Positions 38,722 through 52,922 of a stretch of DNA of 64,000 bases are shown here, one piece after another (the first letter of the stretch is position 1; each line of letters starts with the position of its first letter). A program made the translations under genes and the position numbers. The notes beneath the pieces were generated by a model, which did no database searches, was not told the origin of the DNA, and saw only the letters and a program-made list of their open reading frames with translations. The DNA is from Squalus acanthias (lineage: Eukaryota), in NCBI GenBank assembly GCA_030390025.1, contig CM059432.1:22942001-23006000 (forward strand), in the 5' to 3' direction.

Positions 38722-40168
38722 CTAACCCCGCTATTCAAGAAAAGGGGGAGAGAGAAAACAGGGAACTACAGGCCAGTTAGCCTAACATCAGTCATTGGGA
38801 AAATGCTGGAATACATTATTAAGGAAGTGGTAACAGGGCACTTAGAAAATCATAATATGATTAGGCAGAGTCAACGTGGTTTTGTGAAAGGAAAATCATG
38901 TTTAACAAATTTATTAGAGTTTTTGAGGATATAACTAGCAGGGTAGATAAAGGGGAACCAGTGGATGTAGTATATTTGGATTTCCAAAAGGTATTCGATA
39001 AGGTGCCACATAAAAGGTTGTTACGTAGCGCAAGATAAGGGCTCATGGGGTTGGGGGTAATATAGTAGCATGGATAAAGGATTGGTTAACGGACAGAAAA
39101 CAGAGAGTAGGGATAAACTGGTCATTTTCCCATTGGCAGGCTGGGGTGCCGCAAGGATCAGTGCTTAGGCCTCAGCTATTTACAATCTATATTCATGACT
39201 TAGATGAAGGGACTGCGTGCAATGCATCCAAGTTTGCTGACGATACAAAGCTAGGTGGGAAAGTAAGATGTGAGGAGAACACACAGAGCCTGCAAAGGGA
39301 TATAGACAGGTTAAGTGATTGGGCCAATAGGATGGCAGATGGAGTATAATGTGGGGAAATGTGAGGTTATTCACTTTGGCAGGAAGAATAGAAAAACAGA
39401 ATATTTTTTAAATAGTGAGAAACTATTAAATGTTGGTGTTCAGAGAAATTTAGGTGTCCTCGTACAGGAAACACAGAAAGTTAGCATGCAAGTACAGCAA
39501 GCAATTAGGAAGGCAAATGGCATGTTGGCCTTTATTACAAGGGGGTTGGAGTACAAGAGTAAGGAAGTCTTACTACAATTGTACAGGGCTTTGGTGAGAC
39601 CACACCTGGAGTTCTGTGCACAGTTTTGGTCTCCTTATCTGAGAAAGGACATACATGCCTTAGAGGCGGTGCAACAAAGGTTCACTAGATTGATCCCTGG
39701 GATGAGAGGGTTGTCCTATGAGGAGAGATTGAGTAGATTGGGCCTATACTCTCTGGAGTTTAGAAGAATGAGAGGTGATCCCATTGAAAAATTTAAGATT
39801 CTGAGGAGGATTGACAGGGTAGATGCTGAGAGGTTGTTTCACCTGGCTGGAGAGTCTAGAATTAGGGGGCATATTCTCAGGATAAGAGGTCGGCCTTTTA
39901 AGACTGAGATGAGGAGGAATTATTTCACTCAGAGTGTTGAGAATCCTTGGAATTCTCTATTCAAAAGGGCTGTGGATGCTGAGTCGTTGAGTACATTCAG
40001 GGCTGAGATAGATAGCTTTTTGGACTCTAGGTGAACCAAGGGATATGGGGATCGGGCAGGAAAGTGGAGTTGAGGTCGAAGGTCAGCCATGATCTTATTG
40101 AATGGTGGAGCAGGCTCGAAGGGCCATATGGTCGACTCCTGCTCCTAATTCTTATGTTCTTATGTTCA
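38722..40168 (+). mobile_element. 5'-truncated CR1 LINE (RT region, frameshifted)
   Basis: GNYRPVSLTS, PQGSVL, KFADDTKL; (TTCTTATG)n tail. Confidence 0.95.
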
Positions 40169-40720
40169 TTGGAAGAAATGCACCAGAATGGTCCTACAAT
40201 GGAATTATTTTTTAATGAATTATAGGATATCTAACCTGAGTAACTTGTTTTAATCCAATGGCATACACATGACTCTGCTTGTAAACTGAGGCCTCGGGCA
40301 CTAGTCTGTATTCTTGTGTTGAAGAGTGAGCAGGATGAGTTCGGTGTAACTAGCCCTCAAGTCAAGCCAACTGCTTCTTTAGTCAAAGTTTCTGCTCCTG
40401 GGTGTAGAGATCAAGATCAGGCTTTGTTCTGATGTCCCCGCCCCCCACCCATGGTGAAATAGTTTGCCCACACTCATTATCTAGGCTTGCAGACTTAGGG
40501 AAGGTACTGAATGGGTGTCAGTCGTTATGAGATCATACCACAGCACGAATCAGCACTTTCAGAAAAGAAGCTAAAATTGGGAAAAATATCAAATCATAGA
40601 ATCAAACTACATAAATATATAGAAGCTGTTCTACTTTTACATACCATGTGCAACAAGGATTTAGAATTATGACTAATCCTCCAGAACCATTATTCTTTCC
40701 ACTATTTTAATAGCAACAAT

Positions 40721-40815
40721 GGGCCGAAAATTGATCCCGGGACGCGAGAGTACGCACTGCATACTCTCGCGTATTCCCACTCCAATTGCCGGTTTTCTGC
40801 ATGCCCTGCGCAGTT
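40721..40815. mobile_element. Left-end fragment of the MITE family at 43051-43814
   Basis: Shares ACGCGAGAGTACGCACTG..TACTCTCGCGT..CTCCAATTGCCGGTTT. Confidence 0.75.
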
Positions 40816-41374
40816 TTGTGAAATAGTGGAGAGAGGAATGTAGTACATACATGTTAAGAGTTGTTCTCTTATTATCGCAAACGGTCATTTCGAGCTTACA
40901 GTTTCCATGATACTATTTTCAGATGTACATAGTCACTATCTCAGCAGTAGCAGGCGTAAATAGAACAAATTTATGATGCCCCACCTCAACCAGCCTGAAC
41001 CGTGAAGTTGGAGTGAGATGAAATCGGTTTCTCTGAAGGATCTTATAAGCAATGTATGAAGCAACAAGAGTTGGTTAAGTTGCTCTTCAGGTTGCTGTTT
41101 CCCTACATATACTGTTGGCATGTTAACATCTGATTAAAGGGATTTTTCTTTAACAAACTAGTTAAAAATAAACTTTGCTGTAGTGTATAATCAGTGTATC
41201 TGTCTGCTTTCTATTATGGTTATTGAGTAGGTTCAACGTCTATTTTTATTTTTGAAGCCACATTAGCCATTTGGAAGTCTTTGAGAGTTGCCTTCTCTGT
41301 TTAATTATACAATGCCTCTGCATACTTTAGTGCTCAGTGACAACAGGCCAGTAACTGAAAGCCAAGATCTATGT

Positions 41375-41745
41375 TTAAAATGATAAAGGGATTTAATAGG
41401 ACAGAAACAAAGAAAGCATTTCCTCTTGTGGGGGAATCCAGAACAAAGTGGTATAATCTTAGAATTAGAGCTAGACCACTGAGGAGTGAAATCAGGTAAC
41501 GCTTTTATGTGTAATGGATGGTAGTCTTGGCTCAGTGGTAGCACTCTTGCCTCTGAGTCAGAAAGTAATGTGCTCAAACCTCGCCCACTGGATTTGAGCA
41601 TAATCTCGGCTGACGATCCAGTGCAGTACTGAAGGAGTGCTGCACTGCCAAAGGTAGCATCTTTCAGATGAGATATTAAAGCGAGGTCCTGTCCGCCCTC
41701 TCAGTTGGACGTAAAAGATCCAATGGCATATTCAAAGAAGAACAG
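41375..41745 (+). mobile_element. CR1 fragment followed by the 5' half of a Deu-domain SINE (from ~41524)
   Basis: GGCTCAGTGGTAGCACTCTTGCCTCTGAGTCAGAA head; TAAAAGATCCAATGGCA core. Confidence 0.7.
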
Positions 41746-42869
41746 GACAGATATTGGGGTAGATTTTCCTCTTCACGGCCAGGGTGTTGAGCATCGCCTG
41801 TGCAGGGCGCAGAAAGGAAAATCTGGCACGGAGGTTTGCATGCCAGTAACAGAACCCACTGGATTTTCCTTCCATTGAAAGGTAGTAAAGAGGTAAATCT
41901 ACCACATTGACTCTACTGGCACTAGGTACTCTCTGGTAGTCACCCAAGTGGCCGTTATTCACGTATAAGCCTTGACAGTATCAGCAGGTTGTTTAACAAC
42001 ACAAGGTGGCATAGCTGCACATGATGCTTTCCTCACCTGATATCTATAAACTTGTACTTTCAATTCAGGGCTTGTTGGATAGCAACTGGGGATAGGGACC
42101 TTTGCTGCTTTTCCTTGATGTAACCCCTGGGAGCTGATGCTAGTTGTGGTCACCCTATCACTTTCTGAGCTGAGATCAAGTAACTCAGCACAGACTTGGA
42201 ATCAAACCTGGGTTCTTCCCAATTTGTATTGCTCAGGTACCTAGAATTGTGTGAGCTTTACAGAAGCCCCATTGATATTTTATTAATAATTCAGATGAGA
42301 GCAATTGGAAGGATTCTGGAGTCTGCTGCCTAAGTTATGAGAGACTCACAAAAGTGAACTGGATTTCTTTGGGATAAAAACATAAAATGGATGAATAGCA
42401 GGCCAATCAGCATTCCACAAAGAGAAAAGATGGGTTTATGTTTTATGTGTAAGACCCTTCCTGCTGTGCCTGTCCAGTAATTACTGCTTTTATTTCCGAT
42501 ATCTGCCATTTGCAGGTATTATTTCTTATATTTATTGTCTTTGGAGAAAAGAAGATTGGGAGAGGTATCAATAGGTCATTAAAGAGCCTAAGAGCACAAG
42601 ATAATTACAGATTCAGAAGGCCATTCATCCCATCTTAGTTCATCCTTCCACAAAAACCCTACATTTACCCCATTGCAGCATGCAGTTGTTTCTTAAATGG
42701 TTCCAGGGTTTTACCTCCACCACCCCACCTGGAAGTCTATTCCATAGGTTGATCACTCTTGTGTGAAGAAGAATTTCCTAACGTGATACTTGTCATTAGT
42801 TTCAACCTGTATCCCTTTGTCCTATTCTCAGCTTGACTAATGGCCTTCAGTGAAGAACTTTGTCAAGAG

Positions 42870-45800
42870 TCATAGAAACATAGAAGATAGGAGCAGGAGT
42901 AGGCCATTCGGCCCCTTGAGCCTGCTCCACCATTCGATGAGATCATGGCTGATCATCTAAACTCAGTACCCTGTACCTGCCTTCTCCCCATATCCCTTGA
43001 TACCTTTAGCTTTAAGAAATATATCTAACTCATCCTTGAATATATTTAATGGCCCGAAAATTAGACCTAATACGCGAGAGTACGCACTGTGTACTCTCGC
43101 GTTTTAGGTCTCCAATTGCCGGTTTCCTGCATGCACTGCGCATGCGCGGGAAACCGGCACTTCGTGAATTCAAAAGGGGGCGGTTCCTAAGTGAACCGCG
43201 TGCGCGCTACAGGCTGCGCGCACGCAGTGCACTTAGTTATTTTTGCAGCTTTGAACACGCAGGTAAGCATGGAAGATTTTACACATGAAGAAAGGAGGCG
43301 TAAGACCCTCTTTTAACAAGGTAAGTAGTTAATTAAGTATTATTTAAAAAAATTTTTCAACAGGTTTATCTTTTTTAGAGACTTTAAAGAAAGGTAAGTT
43401 TATTTTTATAACTTTTAAAAAGATTTTAAATTTTTCAAAAATTTTATTTTTTGTTTAAAGTGGTTAATTTATTTAACTATACTTATTTTATTAATGTGAT
43501 GGTTTTTTTTTTAATTTAATTGAGGTTTAGCTGTTCTTTTGGGGGTGTGTAGGATTCATAGCTTTGACAGCTCTTGCTGTGAAAACTATGAATGAAAGAT
43601 GGTGTGCTGCCATTGGCTCTAACTGAATCACGTGATCCCAGAGCTCGCACGAACTAATTGCGCCTCTGGGATACGCACACACTGCACAGCTGCATGTGGG
43701 ACTGGCCTTGAAACTAAAGTTCGTGTGGGCCCGGAGGAAAAAGGTAGGCGTGGAGTGAGATATCGCGGGGAAGCCTTACCCCCGCAGGAACACTCACTGT
43801 TTAATTTCTGGGCCAATGACTTCGCCTCAACTACCTTCTGTGGTAGAGAATTCCACAGGTTCACCACTCTCTGGGTGAAGAAATTCTTCCTCATTTCTGT
43901 CCTAAATGGTTTACCCGTTATCCATAGATTATGACCCCTGGTTCTGGACTCTCCGACCATCGGGAACATTCTTCCTGCATCTAGTTTGTCCAGACCTGTC
44001 AGAATTTTATATGTTTCGATGAGATCCCCTCTCATTCTTCTATACTCCAGTGAGTATAAGCCCAATCGACCCAATCTCTCCTCATATGTCATTTCTGCCA
44101 TCCCAGGTATCAGCCTTGTGAATCTTCGCTGAACCCCTTCTATGGCAAGAACATCCTTCCTCAGATAAGGCGACCAAAACTGCACACAGTACTCAAGGTG
44201 TGATCTCACCAAGGCCCTGTACAACTGCAGCAGGACATCCCTGTTCCTATACTCAAACCCTTTCGCTATGAAGGCCAACATACCATTTGCCTTCTTCACC
44301 GCCTGCTGCACCTGCATGCTTACTTTCAGCGACTGGTGCACAAGGACACCCAGGTCTCGTTGCACTTCCCCTTCTCCAAATCTATTGCCATTCAGATAAT
44401 AGTCTGCCTTTCTGTTTTTGACACCAAAGTGGATAACCTCGCACTTATCCACATTATATTGCATCTGCCACGCTTCTGCCCACTCACCCAACCTGTCCAG
44501 ATCATCCTGGAGTTTCTCGGTATCCTCCTCGCAGCACACACTCCCACCCAGCTTTGTGTCATCTGCAAACTTGGAGATATTACATTTAATTCCCTTATCT
44601 AGATCATTAATGTATACTGTGAATAGCTGGGGTCCAAGGACCGATCCCTGCGGTACCCCACTAGTCACTGCTTGCCACTCGGAAAAAGACCCATTAATTC
44701 CTACTCTCTGCTTTCTGTCCGCCAACCAGTTCTCTATCCAAGTCAATACCTTGCCCCCAATCCCATGTGCCTTAACTTTACACGCAAATCTCTTATGCGG
44801 GACCTTATCGAAAGCCTTTTGAAAGTCCAAATACACCACATCTACTGGTTAGTCAAGCACGATTTACCTTTTGTAAATCCATGTTCACTTTGTCCGATCC
44901 TGTCACTGTTTTTCAAGTGCTCAGCTATTACATCCTTTATAATGGACTCTAGCATTTTCCACACTACCGATGTCAGGCTTACCGGTCTGTAATTCCCCGC
45001 TTTCTCTCTACCACCCTTTTTGAATAGTGGGGTAACATTAGCTACCCTCCAATCCATGGGTACAGTTCCAGATTCCATCGAATGTTGGAAGATGATCAGC
45101 AATGCATCTACTATTTCTAGGGCCACTTCCTTAAGTACCCTAGGATGTAGATTATCAGGCCCTGGGGATTTATCGGCCTTCAATACCGTCAAATTCCCTA
45201 ACACCATTTCCCTGCAAATACTGATTTCTTCCAGTTCCTCCCTTTCATCAGACCATATGTTCTCCAACATCTCTGGGAGGTTATTTGTGTCCTCCTTTGT
45301 GAAGACAGAACCAAAATATGCATTTAATTGGGCTGCCATTTCTTTGTTCCCATTATAACTTCCCCCGCTTCTGACTGCAAGGGACCTACACTTGATTTCA
45401 CTAATCTTTTTCTCTTCACATATCTATAAAAGCTCTTACAGTCAGTTTTTATGTTCCCAGCAAGCTTACTTTCATATTCTATTTGCCCCTTCTTAATTAA
45501 TCCCTTTGTCCTCCTTTGTTCAATCCTAAACTGCTCCCAATCCTCAGGGCTACCGCTTTTTCTGGCCAATTTATATGCCCTTTCCTTGGATCTTATGCTA
45601 TCCCTAATTTCCCTTGTTAGCCACGGTTGAGTCACCCTTTTTGTTTTATTCTTATGCCACACTGGGATGAACAAATTCTGTAGTTCATCCATGCAGTCTT
45701 TGAATGTTTGCCATTGACTATCCACCGTCAACCCCTTGAGTGACATTCCCCAATCAATCCTACCCAATTCGCGCCTCATACCATCGTAGGTTCCTTTATT

Positions 45801-47055
45801 TAAATTCAGGACCCTAGTCTCTGATTCAACTACTTCACTCTCCATCCTAATGAAGAATTCTATCATATTATGATCACTCTGACCCAAGGGGCCTCGTACA
45901 ACAAGATTGCTAATTAATCCTTTCTCGTTACATAATACCCAGTCTAAGATGGCCTGATCTCTGGTTGGTTCCTCGACATATTGTTCCAGAAAACTATCTC
46001 GTAAACATTCTAGGAATTCCTCCTCCACAGTATTTTTACTAATTTGGTTAGCCCAATCTATATGTAAATTAAAGTCACCCATGATGACTGCTGTGCCCTT
46101 ACTGCATGCTTCTCTAATTTCCCTTTTAATGCCGTCCCCAACCTCCGTATTACTGTTTGGAGGTCTATATACCACTCCCACTAACGTTTTCTGCCCCTTG
46201 TTATTTCTCAGTTCTACCCATACAGATTCCGCATCATCAGAGCTAATATCCTTCCTTTCAATTGTGTTAATCCCCTCTTTAACCAGCAATGCTACCCCAC
46301 CTCCCTTTCTTTTTTGCCTATCTTTCCTAAATATTGAATAACCCTGGATGTTGAGTTCCCAGCCTTGGCCACCCTGGAGCCATGTGTCTGTAATCCCAAT
46401 CAAATCGTATTCATTTACCTCTATTTGCGCAGCTAATTCATCCACCTTGTTCCGAATGCTCCTTGCATTAAGACACAAAGCCTTCAGGCTTGTTTTTTTA
46501 ACGCTCTCAGACCTATATGAATTATTATTTACTGTGACCATGTTTGATTTAAACCGTTGAGTTCTTTGCATTCTACTTTTGTTTTTCTCCTTCCTGTCTT
46601 TAGCTTTTATCCTTGTTTCCCTTTCCTCTGTCTCCCTGCTCAGATTCCCAACCCCCTGCCACTTTAGTTTAAACCCTCCCCAACAGCACTAGCAAACACT
46701 CCCCCTAGGACATCGGTCCCGGCCCTGCCCAGGTGCAGACCATCCCGTTTATACTGGTCCCACCTCCCCCAGAACCGGTTCCAGTATCCAAGGAATTTGA
46801 ATCCCTCCCCCTTGCACCATTCCTCTAGCCACGTATTCATTTGAAATATCCTCCTATTTCTACTCTGACCAGCACGTGGCACTGGTAGCAATCCTGAGAT
46901 TACTACCTTTGAGGTCCTCTTTTTTAATTTACCTCCTAACTCCCTATATTCTGCTTTTAGGACCTCATCCCGTTTTTTACCTATATCGTTGATGCCTATG
47001 TGCACCACGACAACTGGCTGTTCGCCCTCCCCCTCCAAAATGTTCTGTAGCCGAG
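42870..47055 (-). mobile_element. Long CR1 LINE: ORF1 esterase remnant plus ORF2 (APE endonuclease-RT), disrupted
   Basis: ORF1 VVVHIGINDIG...DGLHL (SGNH-type); ORF2 NARSIRNK, GGGVALLV, MGDFN, SDHN, NYRPVSLTS, PQGSVLGP, FADDTKL; (CATAGAAA)n tail; frameshift at ~45340, deletion at ~44845, MITE insertion. Confidence 0.96.
43051..43814. mobile_element. Harbinger-type MITE inserted in the CR1
   Basis: TIRs GGCCCGAAAATTA / TAATTTCTGGGCC; AAT duplicated; CR1 sequence resumes on both sides. Confidence 0.9.
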
Positions 47056-50000
47056 TCAAAAGGCACGTATAATAAAGATGTAATTAGGAAATTTGAATTC
47101 AACTGTGACCACTGGCAATAGGCACGAGGAAAACATTGGCAAGCATCAGCGCCTATAAGAGATTAGAATCATTGCTGTCCCTGCAGTGAAAATATGAAAC
47201 AGACTGCAATGAAAGTTAGTAGATGCTGTGAGGATTATCGCCTTTCCAGTGGAGCTCGATGAATATCTGGTCCAGAATGGATTCAATGATAATAAGGATG
47301 GTAAAGATGTAGATTATCAACTACTCTATGGTCAACACATGGTTCCAGTCTTTTGGGGGCAATAGGGATATTAGCTGTGGAATGTAACCAGCCAGGTTTG
47401 ATTCATGTGGTTAGGAATTTGAGATTGATGTGTAACTTTTTTTGCATGTGTTTAGTGAAATTTATGCTCATTACAGTGAGCGATGCTAATTTTTTTGTAG
47501 CCTATCAGAGTGAAACTGCCAGTTTTCTGTCAATCAGTGCCAACTTGGATAAGTTTTGTGCTGTGGGTCCATGCCCACCAGAAACTGGATCAAGGCTGGC
47601 CAGGCTCATTTCACATAATATTCTTACAGCCAGTGGACAAAAGAGACTTTTATCTCATTAGTCTGGACTAGATTTGACCCCAACTTCTAGAGTTGAAAGG
47701 CTAGTGTCTAAATCACTGCACCACACAGTCTGCCAATAGATTGATATATGAATTCCATTCACTTAAGGAGAAAATTCATAAATGTTAATCTTGTAACTGT
47801 TACCTATCATTCCTTATCTCTCTCAGTAGGTTAATAAAATTGGGCAGAATGTATGAAATTGGACATGGTTTGTTGCACATTCACTATGTCATAATAGGCA
47901 TTGTTCTGGACAAAATAACCCAGGCTCTCTCTAATTAGCAATTTTAAAGACAAAACAAGGGTGATTCAGAGACATTGATAAGTAAACAGCATTTTGGGCT
48001 AAGTGACAAATCGTTAAATATATTTCGCCATTAAGGAAACTCACTTTTAGCTTGGCTGATTCTTGTTCAAAGGCAATATTATAAATTATCACTGCATAAT
48101 GAGTAGTTAAGTCAAAGGGCTGGTTTTATGCCCGATCAAACCCACCATTAAATTACCATTTTTTCTGTGGTTTATTTTGTTACCATCAAAAAACTGGAGG
48201 CTACACTCTTTCTTTTACTAGTAGAACATCTGATAAACATTGTAAAGCTGTCAAATCTTTATGTCTAACAGGTGGTTTATTTAATGCCCAGTTGTGAATG
48301 GGACTGGATTTTATTGGGATAGAGTGAAATGACCAAATATCCCCATAGGGCATGATGGCTCCTGAAATGATGGTGGTGGGGGGTGGGGGAGGTATAAGCA
48401 ATGTTGCTTGTGAATGACCAGAGATTGGTTTCCAATTGTGCAGACTGGGAAATGAATAAATATTTAGAGGCTTTACATCATAACTTTTGGGGAGCAAGAA
48501 GTAATTGTGTGGAATTTTCCCTCAGGAGATTAATTGGTAGAGCCCATGACAGGGTAGATTATACGTTGTCTATGTAAAGAATGAGTTTAATAGACTTCTT
48601 CTCACTGCAAGCTTTCTTACATTCTTATGTATCTATCTGTGTAATTAAACCCTTGTGAAGTAGGCCTACAAGTTGTCAGTCTGTGAGAACGTCAGTCCAA
48701 TCCTTCAAACTGATCACATTCTAACATTTTGGACTGCATTTGCCTTTGATTTACCACCCATTTTCAAGTAATTTGGAGTAAAATGGGCAATAATAGCTAC
48801 TACCTCAACTATGCTGATAAAAACTTGCACCAGAATTATCCTGCAGAAATAACACCATTCCTACCACAGTCAAATGGGGTCAAGTGGGCAGAGTTAACAC
48901 CTGCTCCATTTTCCACAATTTCCACCCCAAACCTCACCCAAATTATCACCATTACTATATAAGTGTCAGTATGAGCTGCAGAGCAGTATCTCTGGGAGTG
49001 ATACCAGATTCAGGAGGCCATTTTGTTTGCTAAAGCTGAAGGTTGGTTCTACTTCGCCTATGTATCAATTGTAGCTGCATGGCGCTCTGGAGAGTTTGTC
49101 GCAACTTTAACGATCCTGTACAGTTGTGGACTGGGGATGTAAATTCCCGATGGGAATACCTCTATTCCTATATTTTGTGAATGAGAAGGATGGGGATGAG
49201 GGATGAAGACATATATTCACTATACGCAAATACCCACTCACCAGGTTTACAGACTAAAAATGGTCTTATTTAGACTTGTCATCCTTGGCTCAGAAGGCTG
49301 CGCTTCTCCCCTCCTCAAAAAAACTGGGGAGATATGTTAGCTCCTGGCTTCAGACCTTCACCCCATTTCCACCAGGTTGAATTTCCTTCCAGGCAGCACC
49401 TGATGACCATTGACACATTAGATAGGCAGTATAAAGAAATTTCAGGCAGGCCATACAATTCTTTTCCTGATAGAGCCAAGCAAAGACAGTGAGTTGTCCA
49501 ATTCTACTGACTGATAACATTCCTATAGGTGCAAGGAACAATTGACGGAAAGCTCCATATGTGAACCCATTCAATTCCAAGAACAGAAAAACTTTTCATT
49601 CCATTAATGTAATGCCAATCACCCTATCCCGCATGTGAATACCCATTACCCAGGAAACTTTCATGATGTTTTCATCATATGACAATCTACTATACCAGCG
49701 TTCATGACGTAGTCATATATTCGGATGGCTGATTGGTGAACAGGGCTACCATTTGCAGTCATGACTCATGGGCCCTGTAAGGATTCCACGGATTGAGAGG
49801 GGAAACAGATATCATGAGACCCATGTCAGTACAAAAAGTACCAGAGAGCAGACTGCAGCCTCATTTTAGTTGGCTGGATAAATTTGGTGATACAGCCTAG
49901 TGAGAGTCACCAGAATCATTATAGTACAGCCAACAGACAGAGAAAGGAGGACACAGCTTATAGCCCAGTGCCTTTGATGAATAAAGGTTGACACACCAGG

Positions 50001-52033
50001 GAAAGTCACTTAACAGCTGCCGACCTCCACCCCACCCCCCACACCGCCAAAACCCTCACAAAGTCCCTCACTGTCAAAGCCTTCTGTCGATTTCTATCAT
50101 AAGACAGAAATCTATATTTCTGTTAGTATCACCTTGCAAGGATCCACAGAGATGAATTCAGAACTCTTTGTGGTCAAGCCATCTTTGGGTGAATGACATT
50201 CGTTCACCCTATCTAGAACTACTTCTTAACACCGTGTCTAGTCTTTGTGCTAGCTACCCTACTTGCTCGAGCTCTTTGTCTGCTACTATTATGAGGTAAT
50301 CCCTGAATGAGATCAGGTTGCGGTTGGTGGCTGGGATGGTTTTCCTGGAGCTTTACGGGTGACTCTTGTTTCCGTGAAGCAGCTGTCTCAGATGAATCAG
50401 CTTCTGGCTGCCTTTCTTTTGAATTGTCAAGGTGTGCTGGGCACATGTCTGAAGCTCTCTCATGTGCATCATTCGAAGGGACGTTAAGGAAGCAGGTTCA
50501 TTACCACTTTCTGGAGAGACAGTGGCATATGTAGCCACTCCTTGCAGCCCACTGGTGCAGGGCATAGGCTCAGAAGTGACATTGACCACTATGTCATAAC
50601 AGGCCTAACCAATTCTTGGAAGCTTTGTGCATGTGCGGTGTTCAGGTTAACCTTCAAGGCCTCGACTGAAGCATTGAGTAGCTGCCACTCTAGAAGTCAC
50701 CACTGTCCTTAGAATCTCCTCCTGGCAACATGTTGCTGCAGAACTTTTAGAAGTGTCACTCCAGGGTGCTCTGCATGCTATGAAAAACTTCCTGTAACAT
50801 GTTGCAGATGCATGTAGCGGGTACCTCTCTTTACATTGTCATCTCAGTCAAAAGGATGGACACTGTCTCCACTGTCTGCATGTAAGAGCGAAGCCCCCCA
50901 TCATAGGGGCTGGTCTCAGTGGAGGAAAAGTTCACATTGCTCTTCTGTTCTCCCTAGAATGGAACTGTGTGGAAGGTTAACTCTTCAGGAGAGAAAGCAG
51001 ACTGGAGGGAACTTAATAAAAAAAATACCATTTACATTTGAAAATTTTAAAGCATTCCAATAGTCTATGCGCCAAAATGTGTAATTATGGTTTACAGAAG
51101 ATTAGGAATGTACAGGACCAGAAAGGACCATTGCGGTCCACCTGGCTGGATTTCTGCTTGCCGAATAGAATGTTGAGAGCAATCTATGAGTTAACGATTA
51201 ATCTCTTTCTATTTTACCACAGGGTTTAATGTCCTAATATCTCTTCCCAGCAAAAAGGAATGGTCCTTCGAGCTATGTCTCGAGTTTCATATGTCATCAT
51301 AATTCTCTCGTTATGGGCTGGAGAGGAGACAAATGCACAGAGAGCAGGTATGGTGCCTGTTTCATTATTGAAAGTACAACTGGTCAGATATGATGAAAAT
51401 CCCTTTTCTCAGACAGCCGCTGCTTCCGTTGTCCACAGAGTTGTAAAAATTACAGCACAGAAAATCTCCATTTTGCTCAAAATCTAGTGTGATTTTGAGT
51501 TTGGCTCCTTTGTTCAGTTCAACATTGTTATATTCTGCCTTATCAAATACCTGTCTCATTCCATTTGAAATGAATCGCTACTTCAACAAGCACTTGTGGC
51601 AAATAGCACAGTGTGAAAAGTCTTCCAACTTTCCACTTTGCTCTTGTGATAACCGTGAATCTGTGCCCACTTGTTACTGTCCCATCTTCCTCTCTCACTG
51701 AACTTTCTGCCCAGCACGCCTGCTGGGGGCTAATTTCACCAACCTCCTTACCAACCTCCTCACCGTTCCGCTTACTCCGCCTACCAATAGGCCTGCTGTC
51801 ACATTGTACCGTCGAGAGTTGGACTCTGAAGGCATTCATCATTTGCTATATCGAGGTCTGATCTGCAGCTGTGGGTGTGTGGAGATCAGTGGATAAGCAC
51901 AGAGCCGCTCTCCTGCAGCTTGCTGCACCCTTCACTGCTGGAAGACATGTCAGCGAATGCCCCTTTAATCTGCAGCAAGCCTTTAAGACCTGCAGCAGCA
52001 GTACACGATTTACCACCCCCAATGGATGAACTC

Positions 52034-52446
52034 ATTTAGAAGAATGAGAGGGGATCTCATTGAATCGTATAAAATTCTGACAGGGCTAGACAGACTGGAT
52101 GCAGGGCGGATGTTTCCCCTGGCTGGGGGGTCTAGAACGAGTGGTCACAGTCTCAGGATACAGGGTAGGACATTTAGGACTGAGATGAGGAGAAATTTCT
52201 TCACTCAGAGGGTGGTGAACCTGTGGAATTCTTTACCACAGAAGGCTGTGGAGACCAAGTCACTGAATATATTTAAGGCGGAGATGGATAGATTTCTAGA
52301 CACAAAAGGCATCAAGGTGTATGGGGAGAGAGCGGGAATATGGTATTGAGATAGAGGATCAGCCATGATCATATTGAATGGTGGAGCCGGCTCGAAGGGC
52401 TGAATGGCCTACTCCTGCTCCTATTTTTCTATGTTTCTATGTTCTA
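52034..52446 (+). mobile_element. CR1 3' end
   Basis: FRRMRGDLIESYKILTG...; (TTTCTATG)n tail. Confidence 0.92.
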
Positions 52447-52507
52447 ATTGCAAATTTTAGGCAATTCTCAAGTCTGCAGGTCACCCACAATTTAAAAATT
52501 AAGTGTC

Positions 52508-52922
52508 AGCTTTGTCTCAGTGGTAGTGCTCTTGTCTCTGAGTCAGAAAATCATGGGTTCAATGTCCCACTCCAGAGACTTGAGCACATAATCTAGGCTG
52601 ACACTTTAGTACAGTACTGAGGGACTGCTGCACCGTTTGCCCTCTCAGGTGGATGTAAAAGATCCTATTGCACTATTTGAAGAAGACCTGAGAGCTCTCC
52701 CCAGTGTCCTGGCCAATCTTTATCCCTCAACCAACATCACTAAAACAGATTATCTGGTCATTATCTCATTGCTGTTCCTGGGACCTTGCTGTGCGCAAAT
52801 TGGCTACCACTTTTCCGACATTACAACAGTCACTACACTTCAAACGTACTTCATTGGCTGTAAAACACTTGAGACATCCTGAGATTGTGAAGGGCGCTAT
52901 ACAAATGCAAGTTCTTTATTTT
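52508..52922 (+). mobile_element. Deu-domain SINE with internal deletion
   Basis: Head, core and tail as in 34385-34846. Confidence 0.85.

Noticed and set aside
41524..41600. tRNA genes
   Set aside because: The tRNA-like segments are SINE heads continuous with SINE bodies; no intact cloverleaf.
43628..43814. Novel C-terminal extension of the CR1 RT ORF
   Set aside because: Read-through into the inserted MITE; CR1 sequence resumes at 43050.
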